DNA from: Mobula hypostoma
Taxonomy: Eukaryota
Direction of reading: 5' to 3'
DNA length: 64,000 bases
Assembly: GCF_963921235.1 (NCBI RefSeq)
Contig: NC_086097.1
Span: 199,394,001 to 199,458,000, forward strand
Positions 1 through 13,241 of the stretch are shown piece by piece. Under the pieces are notes generated by a model. The model saw only the letters and a program-made list of their open reading frames with translations, made no database searches and had not been told where the DNA came from. Position numbers and translations under genes: made by a program. The stretch's first letter is position 1; the number at the start of each line of letters is the position of its first letter.

Positions 1-1152
1 TTCTGAGAGAGGTATTTAGGGTCCAAATGTGTGCTATCTTGCTATTCTCTGCCTAGTGATTGATTAATACAATGATTAACAGAGAGTCTGGCAAATACTT
101 TATGGTTTTTAATGCAGGAATACGCTAAGCCAAGAAAATGCTGAGATCACCCATCCAAGTTAAAGGAATTCAAGGTCGTCACTAAAATTTTAATTGAATC
201 AATATTAGTCGAGGCCAGATAAAATTAAGTATAAAACAAAGCACTGAACATAACCACGAAAAATGTTCTGAATGAGCTTCAAGTAGGGGACATATAAAAT
301 GTAATTACAAAGTTATACTAATGTTACAGATCAGGAAAAATAAATTACACCAGAAGGTAAATGATATGAATTCAATTAGAATCTTTGAAAGAAACTGCTC
401 CAAGTTTGTTGAGGAATGTAATTGAGGATTATGGATAAATCAGCAATACAAAATACACTTTAGCTCCCATATCCATCTCTAGGTTAATACACCATTTGAA
501 ATGCAAATTAATTTTAAAATCGATGATCTTATCCACACTAAAGAGTCATAGATTTTTTTTCCCTGCAAAGAAGACTTTTTAATAGAAACCCCGCTAACAG
601 CAAAAAGGAATTGAGCAAAAATCAAAGGATGTAACTTATGCTAAGGTTTTTCATATGGGGATACATACATTACATCCTAAAAGGTGCATTATGAAATATT
701 ACAGGCTGATACAAATTTCTTCTTTACGGAGAAGATTAAATAAGGGAACTCTGACATAGCAAGGAGCACAGTCTATATCATGTACACTCTTCTAAAAGAT
801 GTAGTTTTCTTGTCTTCATTCAGGTAGCAAAATCTTATCTCCTGGTTCAGCACCAAAAGAAGCAATTCAAACCCTCTACTCCAGCTTTTCAAATAAAAAC
901 AAAAGTAAGCATATTTTTCTCCATAAGTATTTATCCAGCTGCCTTTGAATGATACAATTGAATGTATTATTCACCATTCTGTAAGGTAGTAAAATCCAAA
1001 TACTAACCACTCTGCAAAAAAATTCTTATTCTCATATCAACTCTAGTTCTTTCACCAATCATTTGAAATCTGCCTTTGTTTATCAAACCCTTAGTCTTTG
1101 GATACTGATTTTTTTCTTCCTTCTGTATAAATACTATTTTACTTTAAATTCT

Positions 1153-2550
1153 TGAACATACCACATAGAACATTACCACACAGTACAGGCCTTCGGCCCA
1201 AGATCTTAATTTACTCTAAAATCAATCTAACCCTTCCCTTCTACATGGCCCTCCAAAGTCTCTGGTTGTCCATTCGATATAAGCTTCTTATCATCTTGTA
1301 CAACTCTATCAGATCACCTCTTATCCTCCACTCCAAAAAGAAATACCCCAGCTCATTCAACCAATCCTCATAAGACGTGCTCTCCAATCCAGGCAGTTTC
1401 TAGGTAAATCTCCTCTGTACGCTCTCTAAAGCTTCCACTTCCTTCCTATAATATGGTGAGCAGAACTGGATAGACAATTCCAAGTATGGTCTAACCAGTG
1501 TTTTATAGAGCTGCAAAATTACCTCATGATCCTTGAACCCAGTTCCCTGACCATTAGAAGCCAACACACCATACTCCTTCTTAACCACCCTATCAACTTG
1601 TATGACAACTTCGATAAATCTATGAGCATGAACCCCAAGATCCCTCTGTTCCTTCACACTGCTAGGAATCCTGCCATCAACATTGTATTATTCCACCTTC
1701 ACACTCGACCTTCCAAAGTGTATCATTTCACACTTTTCGGAGTTGAACTCCATCTGACACTTCTCAGACCAGATCTGCATCCTATAGATGTCCTGCTGTA
1801 ACTCTGGGCAAGCTTCTGCACTATCTACAATACTACTGACTTCTGTTTAATCTGCAAAATTACTAGCATACCCTTCCACTTCCTCATTGAAGTCATTTAT
1901 AAAACTCACAAAGAGCAGGATTCCCAGAACAGATTCCTGGGGAATGCCACTGGTTACTTGTCTCCAGACAGAATACGCTTCATCTACAATTACCCTCTGT
2001 CTTCTATGGGAAAGCAAATTCTGAATCTACAAGTTTCCCTGGATCCCAAGGCTCCTGATTTTCTGAATAAGCCTACCCTGGGGAACATTATCAAATGCCT
2101 TATTAAGATCCATATACACCACATTCACTGCTCTAACTTTATCAATGCATTTTGTCACATCCTCAAAAACTTCAATCAGGCTTGTAAGGCATGATCTGCC
2201 CTTCACAGTGCTATGCTGACTATCCCTAATACGATTATGCTTTTCCAAATGCTCATAAATCCTGTCTCTAAGAATCTTCTCCAATAATATACCCACCACT
2301 AAAGTAAAACTTACTGGTCTATAATTCCCAAGATTATCGCTACTCCCTTTCTTGAACAAAAGAATAACATTTGCCACCCTCCAGTCATCTGGTATTACTC
2401 CTGTGGCCTGTAAGGACTTCAAGGTCATCACCAAAGATGCGGCAATCTCTTCTCTCGCTTCCCATAGTTACTTGGGATAAATACATTAGGACCTACAGTA
2501 TCTACTCTTACGTTTTTTTGGAAGTTCCAGCATATCCTCTTTCTTTCTAA
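1153..2550 (-). mobile_element. CR1 LINE, 5'-truncated and decayed (RT region + 3' UTR)
   Basis: Minus-strand ORF fragments DWRVANV..LFKKG..GNYRPVS, VYMDLNKAFDNVP and LYKTLVRPYLE; CR1 3' end GGGCCGAAGGCCTGTACTG...TTCTATG at ~1153-1200. Confidence 0.92.
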
Positions 2551-2563
2551 TGAAAGAAATATA

Positions 2564-2679
2564 CAGTTCCTATAAGAAGTATTCACCCCCCTGCCCCGAA
2601 GTTTTCATCTTTTATTGTCTTACAACACTGAGTCACAATGGATTTTATTTGGCTTTTTTAACACTGAACAACAGAAAAG
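2564..2679 (+). mobile_element. Tc1/mariner terminal inverted repeat fragment
   Basis: TA followed by CAGTTCCTATAAGAAGTATTCACCCCC, resembling fish Tc1 termini; no partner TIR found. Confidence 0.55.
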
Positions 2680-4124
2680 CATCAGTGTGTGCTGTGTTCT
2701 TTGCTTTACAGAAACATGGCTAACCCCCACTATTTTGGATACAAACCTGCTGTCGATAGCTTTACCATTCACTGTAATGACAGGTTATTTGAGTCTTTTG
2801 AAGGTAGAGGGGGTGAAGTATTGTGGTGCACAGATGTGTTGATTCTTTCTCAGTTCTGCTCAGCCAACTGGGAACATCTACTGATGAAGTGTTGTCCATT
2901 TTATCTGCCTCTGGTTATTCTCAGGCCAATGTCAGGCAGGCACTGGAGGAGGCTGAGTACTGTAAACTGCAGACACGAAACAGCGAACCTAATAACTTCC
3001 CTATAATTACAGTGGATTTCAACCAGGCCAGATTGAAGAAGTCTCTGACCAACTACCTCCTGTGGAATCAGTGGAGCAAACACACTTGACCATTGTTATA
3101 CCACCATCAATAATGTGCACAATGCCATCTCATGCCCGCACTTTGGGAAGTCCAATCACCTGGCTATACTTCTATACTCAGTGTATAGGCAGAACACCAG
3201 CTGGAAGACTACAGCAATCAGTTGCGAGGACCAGGAAAGTATAGGAGGCGGATGAGTGCATTCAGAATTGTGTTGAGCTGTTGGACTGGGCAATATTCAA
3301 GGTTTTTTCTTTAGATTTGAAAGAATATGTGATTGTTGTGACAGTACATCAAGACCAGTGTGGATGAGTGCGTCCCTTTGAGAACATCCTGGACAAACCC
3401 AAACCAAGAGCTGTGGATTAGCCAGAAGACTCATAGTCTGCTAAGGGCCAGATCTGTGGCATTCAAGGTTGGTGATCCAGACCTATACAAGAGGTCCAGG
3501 TACTACCTATTAAGAGCAAAGAAACAATTTCTATCGAAGTTAGAAACAGCATCGTTTGTACATCAGCTTTGGCAGGGTTTGCAGACTATTACTTCCAACA
3601 AGACGAAAACTAACATCATTAATGGCTGTGATGCTTCACTCCCAGATGGGTTAAACACATTTTATTCATATTTTGAAAGGGAGAATAAAACTACTTCTTT
3701 TCAAATCCCTGCAGCATCTGGTGACCCTATAATCTCTGTCTCGGTTACTGACGTTGGAACATCTTTCATGATGGTGAACCGTCACAAGTTTGGTCCTGAT
3801 AGTGTACCTGGCAGGGCACTGGAAACCTGTGCTAACAAACTGTCTGAAGTGTTTAACGACATCGTCAATCACTTACTGCTGCAGCCAGAGCTTTGCACTT
3901 GCTTCAAAAGAGCGACAATTATGCCTGTGCCCAAGTGTGAGCTGTTTCAACAACTATTGGCCAGTGGCACTCTCATCCACTGCGATGAGGTGCTTTTACC
4001 AGCTTGTCATAGCCAGAGTCAACACCTGCCCAAGAAAGGACCTGGACCCACTACAATTTGCCTGTCACCACAATAGGTCTACAATGGATGCGAACTCACT
4101 GACTCTTTACTGGGCCTTGGATCA
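2680..4124 (+). mobile_element. Rex1/Babar LINE, 5' part (endonuclease to early RT), decayed
   Basis: CCVLCFTETWLTP, GPDSVPGRAL..CA, CFKRATIMPVPK, CFYQLV..LDPLQFACHHNRST; interrupted by a CR1 at ~4125. Confidence 0.85.
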
Positions 4125-7100
4125 GGGTGTTAGGGTCGAGGAAGAGGAAAATAGAAATAAGTCGAAGATACTGTGCAGCAAAGATGGCAAGAAGGACAGG
4201 CAGGTGAATAGACAGGATAATTTGTTTTGCGATAGAAATATAGCAAAATCGATAACAGATACTGATCTAAGCGTACTGTACTTAAATGCACGCAGCATTA
4301 GAAATAAAGTGGATGACCTTGTTGTACAGCTACAGGTTAAAAGATATGATATTGTGGCCATCGCCGACTCATGGCTAAATGATGGATGTGATTGGGATCT
4401 GAATGTCCAAGGATAGTGTATAGGAAAGATAGGGAGGTAGGTAAAGGGGGTGGTGTGGTCCTGATGGTAAGCAACGATATTAACTCACTAGAAAGAAGGG
4501 ACATAGGATCAGAAGAGGTAGAATCCTTGTGGGTCAAGTTAGGAAATGGCAAGGGTAAAAAGACACTAATAGCAGTTATATACAGGCCTCCAAACAGTAG
4601 CTGAGATGTGGACTACAAATTACAGCTAGCAATAGAAAAAGCATGTCAGAAGGAAAACGTCAAGATAATTATGAGGGGTTTTAATATGAAAGTGGATTGG
4701 GAAAGTCAGGAAGGTACTAGATCTCAGGAGAGGGAGTTTGCAGAATGCCTACAGGATGGTTTTTAGGAGCAGCTTGTCCATAAGCCCAGCAGGAGATCGG
4801 CTGTTTTGGATTGGGTGCTGTGTAATGAACCTGAGTCGATTAGGGAGCTGGAGGTAATGGAATCCCTTGGAAGTAGTGATCATAATATGATTGAGTTCAG
4901 TTTCAAAATTTGAAAAATAGAAGCTGATATCAGGTGTATCGATATTTCAGTGGAACAAAGGAAATTACAGTGGTATGAGAGAGGAACTGGCCCAAGTCAA
5001 TTGGAAAAGTAAGCTAGATGGAGGGACGGTAGAGCAGAATTGGATGAAATTCCTACAAGAAATAAGGAAAGTGCAGGAAAAATATATTCCAAGAAAAAAG
5101 AAAATCATGAATGGAAAAATAGCACAAATGTGGCTAATGAGAGAGGTTAAGGCTAAAATAAAAGCAAAAGAGATGGCATACAAGGAAACAAATATTAGTG
5201 GAAAAACTGAGGACTGGATGACTTTTAAAAACTTACAGAAGGAAACTGAAAGTTATTAGGAAAAAAAAGATGAATTATGAAAGGAAGTTGGCAATTAACA
5301 TAAAAAAGAATACTAAGAGTTTTTTTTAAATATATGAAGAGTAAAAGAGTGACACAGGTAGATATAGGACCGATTGAAAATGATGCTGGAGAAATTATAA
5401 TGGGTAACAAAGAGATGGCAGAGAAACTAAATGAGTATTTTTGCATCAGTCTTCACAGTGGAAGACATTAGCAACATACATAATAGCCATAGGTCTCAGG
5501 GAATAGAATTAGGTACAGTCAAGATTACTAGAGATAAAGTGCTTGGTAAGCTAAATGGACTAAGAATAGATGTCTCCCGGACTGGATGAGGTCCACTCAC
5601 GGGTTTTGAAGGAGGTTGCTTTGGAAATTGTGGAGGCATTGGAAATGATCTTCCAGGAATCAATAGGCCTGGTATGGTTCCGGAGGACTTGAAGGTCGCA
5701 AATGTAGTTCTGCTGTTTAAGAAAGGAGGGAGGCAGCAAAAAGAAAATTACAGACCTATTAGTCTGACATGGGTAGTTGGAAAGTTATTGGAGTTGATCC
5801 TCAAGGACGAGGTTATGAAATACCTTGAATTGTATGACAAGATAGGCCCAAGCCAACATGGTTTCACGAAGGGAAGATCCTGCCTTACCAACCTATTGGA
5901 ATTTTTTGAGGTAATCTCAAATAAAATTGACAAGGGAGAGGCTGTGGATGTTGTGTATTTGGATTTTCAAAAGGCCTTTGATAAGGTGCCGCATAAGAGG
6001 CTGCTTAATAAGATGAGAGCCCATGGAATTACAGGAAAGATAGTGGAATGGGTGGAGCATTGGCTGATAGGCATTAAAGCAAAGGGTGGGAATAAAGGGA
6101 TCCTATACCAATTGGTTGCCGGTTACTAGTGGTGTTCCGCAGGGATTGGTGTTGGGGCCGCTTCTTTTTACAATGTATATCAATGATTTAGATTATGGAT
6201 TAAATGGTTTTGTGGCTAAGTTTGCAGATGACACCAAGATAGGTGGAGGAGCAGGTAGTGTTGAAGAAATGGAAAGATTGCTGAGAGACTTGGTCAGTTT
6301 AGGAGAGTGGGCAAAGAAATGGCAGAAGAGATACAATGTTGAGAAATGTACGGTTATACATTTTGGAAGAAGAAATAATCGGGCAGATTATTATTTAGAT
6401 GGGGAGAAAGTTCAAAAATTGAAAGTGCAAAGGGACTTGGGGCACCTTAAGGATACCCTAAGGGTTAACCGCCAGGTTGGATCGGCAGTAAGGAAAGCGA
6501 ATGCTATGATGGCATTCATTTCAAGAGGAATAGTGTATAAGAGTAAGGAGGTGTTGATGAGGCTCTATGGGGCACTGGTGAGACCTCATTTGGAATACTG
6601 TGTGCAGTTTTGCACCCCCTATCTTAGAAGAGATGTACTGATGTAGGAGTGAGTTCAGAAAAGATTTACGGGGATGTATCCTGGAATGCAGGGGCTAACA
6701 TATGAGAAGCATTTGTCGGCTCTGGGACTGTATTCATTAGAGCATAGAAGAATGAGAGGGGATCTCATAGAAACATTTCGAATATTGAAAGGGTTGGACA
6801 GAGTAGATGTGGAAAAGCTGTTTCTCTTAGTGGGTGAGTCCATGACAAGAGGCCACAGTCTTAGAATTAGAGGGTACTCATTTAAAACAGAGATAAGAAC
6901 CTTTTTTAGGCAGAGGGTCGTGGATTTATGGAATTCATTGCCACATACAGCTGTGGAGGCCCTATCATTGAGGGTGTTTAAGGAGGAAATTGATAGGTAT
7001 CTAATTAGACAGGGTATGAAGGGATATGAGGAAAAAGCCAGAAACTGGAACTAGATGGGAGAATAGTTTAGCTCATGGTGGAGTGGCGGAGCAGACTCGA

Positions 7101-7138
7101 TGGGCCAAATGGCCTACTTCTGCTCCTTTGTCTTGTGA
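4125..7138 (+). mobile_element. CR1 LINE with near-complete ORF2 (APE endonuclease + RT), broken by frameshifts and stops; nested in Rex1
   Basis: LYLNARSIRNK, YRPPNS, NYRPISLT, YLDFQKAFDKVPH, GVPQG, KFADDTK; 3' UTR ...GGCCTACTTCTGCTCC. Confidence 0.95.
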
Positions 7139-7990
7139 CCTTGGCAATGGCAATGACTGATTATAGATTACAACTCAGCTTTCAACAGTCTCAGTAATAA
7201 CCATCAAACTCTAAAACCTGCGCCTCCATACCTTCCTCTCCGACTGGATCATTGACCTCCTCATCAGGAGACTATCGTTAGTGCAGATCAGAAATTACAT
7301 CTCTTCCACTCTGACAATCACCACTGGCGCACCCTAAGGATATATGCTTAGCCCACTGCTCTACTCTATGTACACCCGTGACTGTGTGGTTAAGGAAAGC
7401 TCAAACATTATCCAGTGACAAACCTGTAATTGACAGAATTTCAGCTAGTTGAGTGGTGTCCCAACAGCAACCTTGCATTCAATATCAATAAGACCGAAGA
7501 GTTGACTCTGTTCTTCAGGAAGAGGAACTAGAGGGAAATCACACCAGTCTTCATGAGGGATTGACAGTGGAAAGGATGAGCAGAGTCAAGTTCGTGGATG
7601 TCAACATCTCTCAAGGTCTATCCTGGATCTATCCCTGAAGATACATACTGATGCAATTAGAAAGAAAGCATGACAGCAGATATATTTCATTAGGAGTTTG
7701 AGGAGACCAAAGACTCTCGCATATTCCTAAAGAAGTACCGAACAGCTTCTTTTCCTCTACCATCAGATTTCCGAATGGATAATGAAACTATGCACACTAC
7801 CTCAATATTTCTCACTCTCTTTTGCACTTTAATTATATATCTATAATTAAATTACATAAATATACGTAATTAAAATTATCGTATTGCAATTTATATTTTT
7901 ATTATATATTGCTGTGTACTTTTGCTGCAAAACAACATATTTCATGACATATGCCAGTGTTATTAAATCTGTTTCTGATTCTCATTCTGA
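7139..7990 (+). mobile_element. Rex1/Babar LINE, 3' part (continues 2680-4124)
   Basis: Resumes with IDYNSAFN and the TGAP.G..LSPLLYS.YT motif; ends in ATTAAA plus a (TCTGAT)n-like tail. Confidence 0.82.
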
Positions 7991-8743
7991 CTGTATTTTT
8001 CTGTCTGCTTGTGTTACATGTATAAGCATTTTCAAACCTGTCTTTTTTATGCCCACTGTGTAAAACGTTTGAAAATATTCTCTAAATGGTTTTCCAGCCA
8101 TTCACTTTAATTTCTTGGAAAGTCACCCATTGTGTAATAATGGTGCACATTTGGAAAAAATAGACCACATTCTATATGATTGTACATTTGATTATATGCC
8201 TCTTTGACTGGCTCATGAACAGAAGTTCCATTGTAATGTAAATGTTTGCATCCTGCAATTAACATACACACAAGATATTCAGTTAAAGTTGTTCATAAGC
8301 AGTAACCAACAGGAGGGAGCCCACAGATACTCTATCTAATGCTTTTTATTCATCTCTCTTGCCAAATCAAAGTTGCTGCCAACATTTCATTAAGAGGTAT
8401 TATCATGATACATGACAGAATTATCTTGAGAATTTTTGTTTCCTTTCCTTTAAAAATATTTAGATAGATGCAAAAATATACTTGAGAAGCTTGTCAACTA
8501 AATTACATAGTAAGACCTACATCATGAATAGCCTCAGCAATGCACCACGAGTGTGCGCGTGTGAGAGTGAGTGATATACATAGATATATATATATATATG
8601 CACAGACAGCATGCATGTGTGGGCGTGTGTGTGCATCTGTGCTTATTGAAAGATAAGCTTCCATCCATGTCTGAGCTTTGATGTCCATATGAACCAGACT
8701 GCCCTTCATTGTTCCACTTTTACCTGTGGAGTCTCCAAATGAT

Positions 8744-9024
8744 TTCAGCAGTTTGATCGGGGCATGACTGCGCAAGCGCATGGACATCAGCCAGTGAGAA
8801 CAACATGAAGAGTTTAAAAGGAGACGATCATTTCTTCAGCAGTTTGATCAAGGCACAACTTCTCAAGCGCATGGACGTCAGCCATTGAGAACAACATGAA
8901 GAGTTTAAAAGTGAGAAGAGCTTAAAAGGAGACGGTCATTTCTTCAGCGGTTTGATCGGGGCATGATTTCTCAAGCACATGGACGTCAGCCAGTGAGAAC
9001 AGCGAGAAGAGTTTAAAAGGAGAC
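8744..9024 (+). repeat. Three tandem ~91-bp monomers at the 5' end of a CR1
   Basis: TTCAGC(A/G)GTTTGATC...CAAGC(G/A)CATGGAC(A/G)TCAGCCA...GAAGAGTTTAAAAG; units start at ~8744, 8835 and 8943. Confidence 0.9.
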
Positions 9025-9145
9025 ACCTCATAGAGTGGGTGCTAGAGTAGAGGGAGACAGAGTAGGAAGGGTTTGGCTCAACGGGGCTTCAGCGATAACG
9101 GGTCGAGGTAAGGTAGGTTGTCCATGTAGAATACCGACAAGAAGA

Positions 9146-10068
9146 ATGTGTGTGAGATGGGTGTTCTGTGCTCAGTGTCAGGTGTGGGAAGTACTGGAGA
9201 TTCCCAGCCTCCCAGAAGGCCACATTTGCACCAAGTACGTTGAGCTGCAGGGAGGTCAACATTAGGGAACTGGAGATACAGCTCGATGACCTTCGTCTGG
9301 TAAGGGAAAGTGTAGAGGTGATGGACAGGAGCTATAGGCAGGTAATCGCACCGGGGCCTCGGGAGACAGATAAGTGGGTAACAGTCAGGAGAGGGAAGGG
9401 CAAAAGTCAGATACTAGAGAGTACCCCTGTGGCTGTCCCCCTTAACAATAAAAGTACTCCTCTTTCAGTACTGCTGGGGGAGACAGCCTTCTTGGGGGAA
9501 GCAACAGTGGCTGGGCCTCTGGCACAGGGTCTGGCCCTGTGGCTCAGAAGGGTAGGAAAAGGAAAAGGTATGGCAGCAGTGATACGGGACTCTATAGTTA
9601 AGGGGTCAGACAAGCGATTCTGTGGATGCATGGATGGTAGTTTGCCTCCCAGGTGCCAGGGTCCGGGATGTTTCAGATCGCGTCCATGATATCCTTAAGT
9701 GGGAAGGAGAACAGCCAGAGGTCGTGGTACATATTGGTATCAATGAAATATGCAAGAAAAGGGAGGAGGTCCTGAAAGCAGCCTACAGGGAGTTAGGAAG
9801 GAAATTCTGAAGCAGGACCACAAAGCTGGTCATCTCAGGATAACTGCCTGTGCCACATGATAGTGAGTATAGGAATAGAGTAAGGTGGAGGATAAATGCG
9901 TGGCTGAGGGATTGGAGTAGGGGGTAAGGATTCATATTTCTGGATCATTGGGACCTCTTTTGGGGCAGGTGTGACCTGTACAAAAAGGACGGGTTGCACT
10001 TGAATCCCAGGGGGACCAATATCCTGGCGGGGAGGTTTGCTAATGCTATTGGGGAGAGTTTAAAATAG
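9146..10068 (+). pseudogene. CR1 ORF1 (zinc finger/leucine zipper + SGNH esterase), frameshifted
   Basis: CAQCQVWE..HICTK, ELEIQLDDLRLVRE, VI.DSIV, VVCLPGARV, PEVVVHIG.N, DGLHLN. Confidence 0.85.
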
Positions 10069-12511
10069 GATTGTTGGGGGGTGAGAACCAAACTGAAGAG
10101 ACAGAGGAAGGGGCAGTTGGCTCACAAATAGAGAAAGCTTGGAGACAGTTCGAGAGGGAGGATAGGCAGGTGATAGAGAAGGGACGCACTCAGACCGATG
10201 ATTTGAGATGTGTCTACTTTAATGCAAGAAGCATCATGAACAAAACGGATGAGCTTAGAGCGTGGATCAGTACTTGGAGCTATGATGTTGTGGCCATTAC
10301 AGAGACTTGGATGGCTCAGGGACAGGAATGGTTATTTAGAGTGCCAGGCTTTAGATGCTTCAGAAAGGACAAGGAGAGAGGGAGGCAAAAGAGGTGGGGG
10401 CATAGTACTGTTGATCGGAGATAGTGTCACGGCTGCAAAAGAGGGGGAAGACATGAAGGGATTGTCTACGGAGTCTTTGTGGGTGGAAGTTAGGAACAGG
10501 AAGGGGTCAATAACTCTACTGGGTGTTTTTTATAGACCACCCAATAGTAACAGGGACATCGAGGAGCAGATAGGGAGACAGATTCTGGAAAGGTGTAATA
10601 ATAACAAGGTTATCGTGGTGGGAGATTTTAATTTCCCAAATATCAATTGGCATCTCCCTAGAACAAGAGGTTTAGACGGAGTAGAGTTTGTTAGGTGTGT
10701 TCAAGAAGGTTTCTTGACACAATATGTAGGTAAGCTTACAAGAGGAGAGGCTGCACTTGATCTGGTATTGGGAAATGAACCTAGTCAGGTGTCAGGTCTC
10801 TTAATAGGACAGCATTTTAGAGATAGTGATCATAATTCTATCTCCTTTACCATAGCATTGGAGAGGGATAGGAACAGACAAATTAGGAAAGCGTTTAATT
10901 GGAGTAAGAGGAAATACGAGGCTATCAGGCAGGAACTTGGAAACATAAATTGGGAGCAGATGTTCTCAGGGAAATGTATGGAAGAAATGTGGCAAATGTT
11001 CAGGGGATGTTTGCATGCAGTTCTGCATAAGTACATTCCAATGAGACAGGGAAAGGATTGTAGGATACAGGAACCATGGTGTAAAAAGGCTGTTGTAAAT
11101 CTAGTCAAGAAGAAAAGAAGAGCTTATGAAAGGTTCAAAAAACTAGGTAATGATAGAGATGTAGAAGATTATAAGGCTAGCAGGAAGGAACTTAAGAATG
11201 AAATTAGGAGAGCCAGAAGGGGCCATGAGAAGGCCTTGGCAGACAGGATTAAGGAAAACCCCAAGGCATTCTACAGGTACGTGAAGAGCAAGAGGATGAG
11301 ACGTGAGAGAATAGGACCAATCATGTGTGACAGTGGAAAAGTGTGTATGGAACAGGAGGAAATAACAGAGGTACTTAATGAGTACTTTGCTTCAGTATTC
11401 GCTATGGAAAAGGATCTTGGCAATTGTAAGGAGGACTTACTGTGGACTGGAAAGCTTGAGTATGTAGATGTTAAGAAAGAGGATGTGCTGGAGCTTTAGG
11501 AAAGCATCTAATTGGATAAGTTACCGGGACCAGACGAGATGTACCCCAGGCTACTGTGGGAGGCCAGGGAGGAGATTGCTGAGCCTCTGGCGATGATCTT
11601 TACATCATCAATGGGGACAGGAAAGGTTCTGGAAGACTGGACAGTTGTGGATGTTGTTCCATTATTCAAGAAAGGGAGTAGAGATAGCCCAGGAAATTAT
11701 AGACTAGTGTGTCTTACTTCAGTGGTTGGTAAATTGATGGAGAAAATCCTGAGAGGCAGGATTTATGAACATTTGGAGAGGCAGAATATGATTAGGAACA
11801 GTGAGCATGGCTTTACAAAAGGCTGGTCATGTCTTATGAACCTGATTGAATTTTCTGAGGATGTGACTAAACACATTGATGAAGGTAGAGCAGTAGATGT
11901 AATGTATATGGATTTCAGCAAGGCATTTGATAAGGTATCCCATGCAAGGCTTATTGAGAAAGTAAGGAGGCATGGGATCCGAGGGCACATTGCTTTGTGG
12001 ATCCAGAACTGGCTTGCCCACAGAAGGCAAAGTGTGGTTGTAGATGGGTCATATTCTGCATGGAGGTCATTCACCAGTGTTGTGTCTCAGTGATCTGTTC
12101 CGGGACCCCTACTCTTCATGATTTTTATAAATGACCTGGATGAAGAAGTGGAGGGATGGGCCAGTAAATTTGCTGATGACACAAAGGTTGGAGGTGTTGT
12201 GGATAGTGTGGAGGGCTGTCAGAGGTTACAGCAGGACATCAATAGGATGCAAAACTATGCTGAGAAGTGACAGATGGGGTTCAACCCAGGTAAGTGTGAG
12301 GTGGTTCATTTTGGTAGGGCAAATATAATGGCAGAATATAGTATAATGGTAAGGCTCTTGGCAGCGTGGAGGATCAGAAGGATCTTGGGCTCTGAGTCCA
12401 TAGGTCACTCAAAACTGCTGCGCAGGTTGGCTCTGTGGTTCAGAAAGCATACAGTGCATTGGCCCTCATCAATCGTGGGATTGAGTTTAAGAGCCGAGAG
12501 GTAATGTTACA

Positions 12512-12822
12512 AAACCATCCATTTGAGCGCGTCCCTTCTCTATCACCTGCCTATCCTCCCTCTCGAACCATCTCCAAACTCCGACGACTCAGTTTAACAC
12601 ACCATCATCAGTGTGCTCGGCAAGCTGTCTTCCCGATTCCGTAAACGATACTACACTGTACATACATTATTTCTACTTTATATCGGCTGTGTATTTTTAC
12701 ATGTTATTTGGTATGATTTGGCAGCTTCATAGCTTAAAGGTTACTGCAGAGCGCTTGCACTGTGCTTTTGCTGACGGCGCTTGCGTGAGATTTTCGCTAC
12801 GGAGAACAGTTCAGGCAATGAT
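12512..12822. mobile_element. Probable DNA-transposon (pogo/Tigger-like) internal fragment
   Basis: CpG-rich foreign block joined abruptly to the CR1; family assignment from recall only. Confidence 0.3.
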
Positions 12823-12892
12823 CAAACCATTATCCCCTCAGTACTAACCATCAAACTTCAAAACCTGGGCCTCTGTTCTATATGCCCTAGAG

Positions 12893-13241
12893 CAGTGGTC
12901 CCTGACCTCTGGACCGCGAAGCATGCAGGGGTGCAGCGGTAGCCAGGACGCACCCAGCACATCTGTAAGAAAAAAGCTGAAATAAACAAGCTAATTAATT
13001 AGGTGCCGCTCGGCACGTAAATGTCGGCCCAGATCAGAGGCAATTGCCGATTTCATCTATGCAATCGGCTATCGCTTCCGATCTTGGCCGACATTTACGT
13101 GCCAGGCGGCACCTAATTAATCAGCTTGCTTATTTCGGCTTTTTTCTTACAGATGCACTGGGTGCATCCCGGCTGCCGCTGCACCTCTGCATGCTTTTTC
13201 GGCCTGGTATCGGTTCGCGGCCCGGAGGTTGGGGACCACTG
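12893..13241. mobile_element. hAT (Charlie-like) MITE, almost entirely palindromic
   Basis: TIRs CAGTGGTCCC...GGGGACCACTG; 8-bp TSD CCCTAGAG (12885-12892) / CCCTGGAG (13242-13249); internal inverted arms of ~140 bp. Confidence 0.92.

Larger units (their letters stand above)
8744..12511 (+). mobile_element. CR1 LINE with intact 5' end (5' UTR, ORF1, ORF2), 3'-truncated, pseudogenised
   Basis: ORF1 then ORF2 (CVYFNARSI, AITETW, YRPPNS, VGDFNFP, SDHNSI, MDFSKAFDKV, KFADDTK); breaks off after SREVML at ~12511. Confidence 0.93.

Noticed and set aside
8744..9024. Repeat array as a CRISPR-like locus
   Set aside because: Contiguous units with no unique spacers, no cas genes, eukaryotic LINE context
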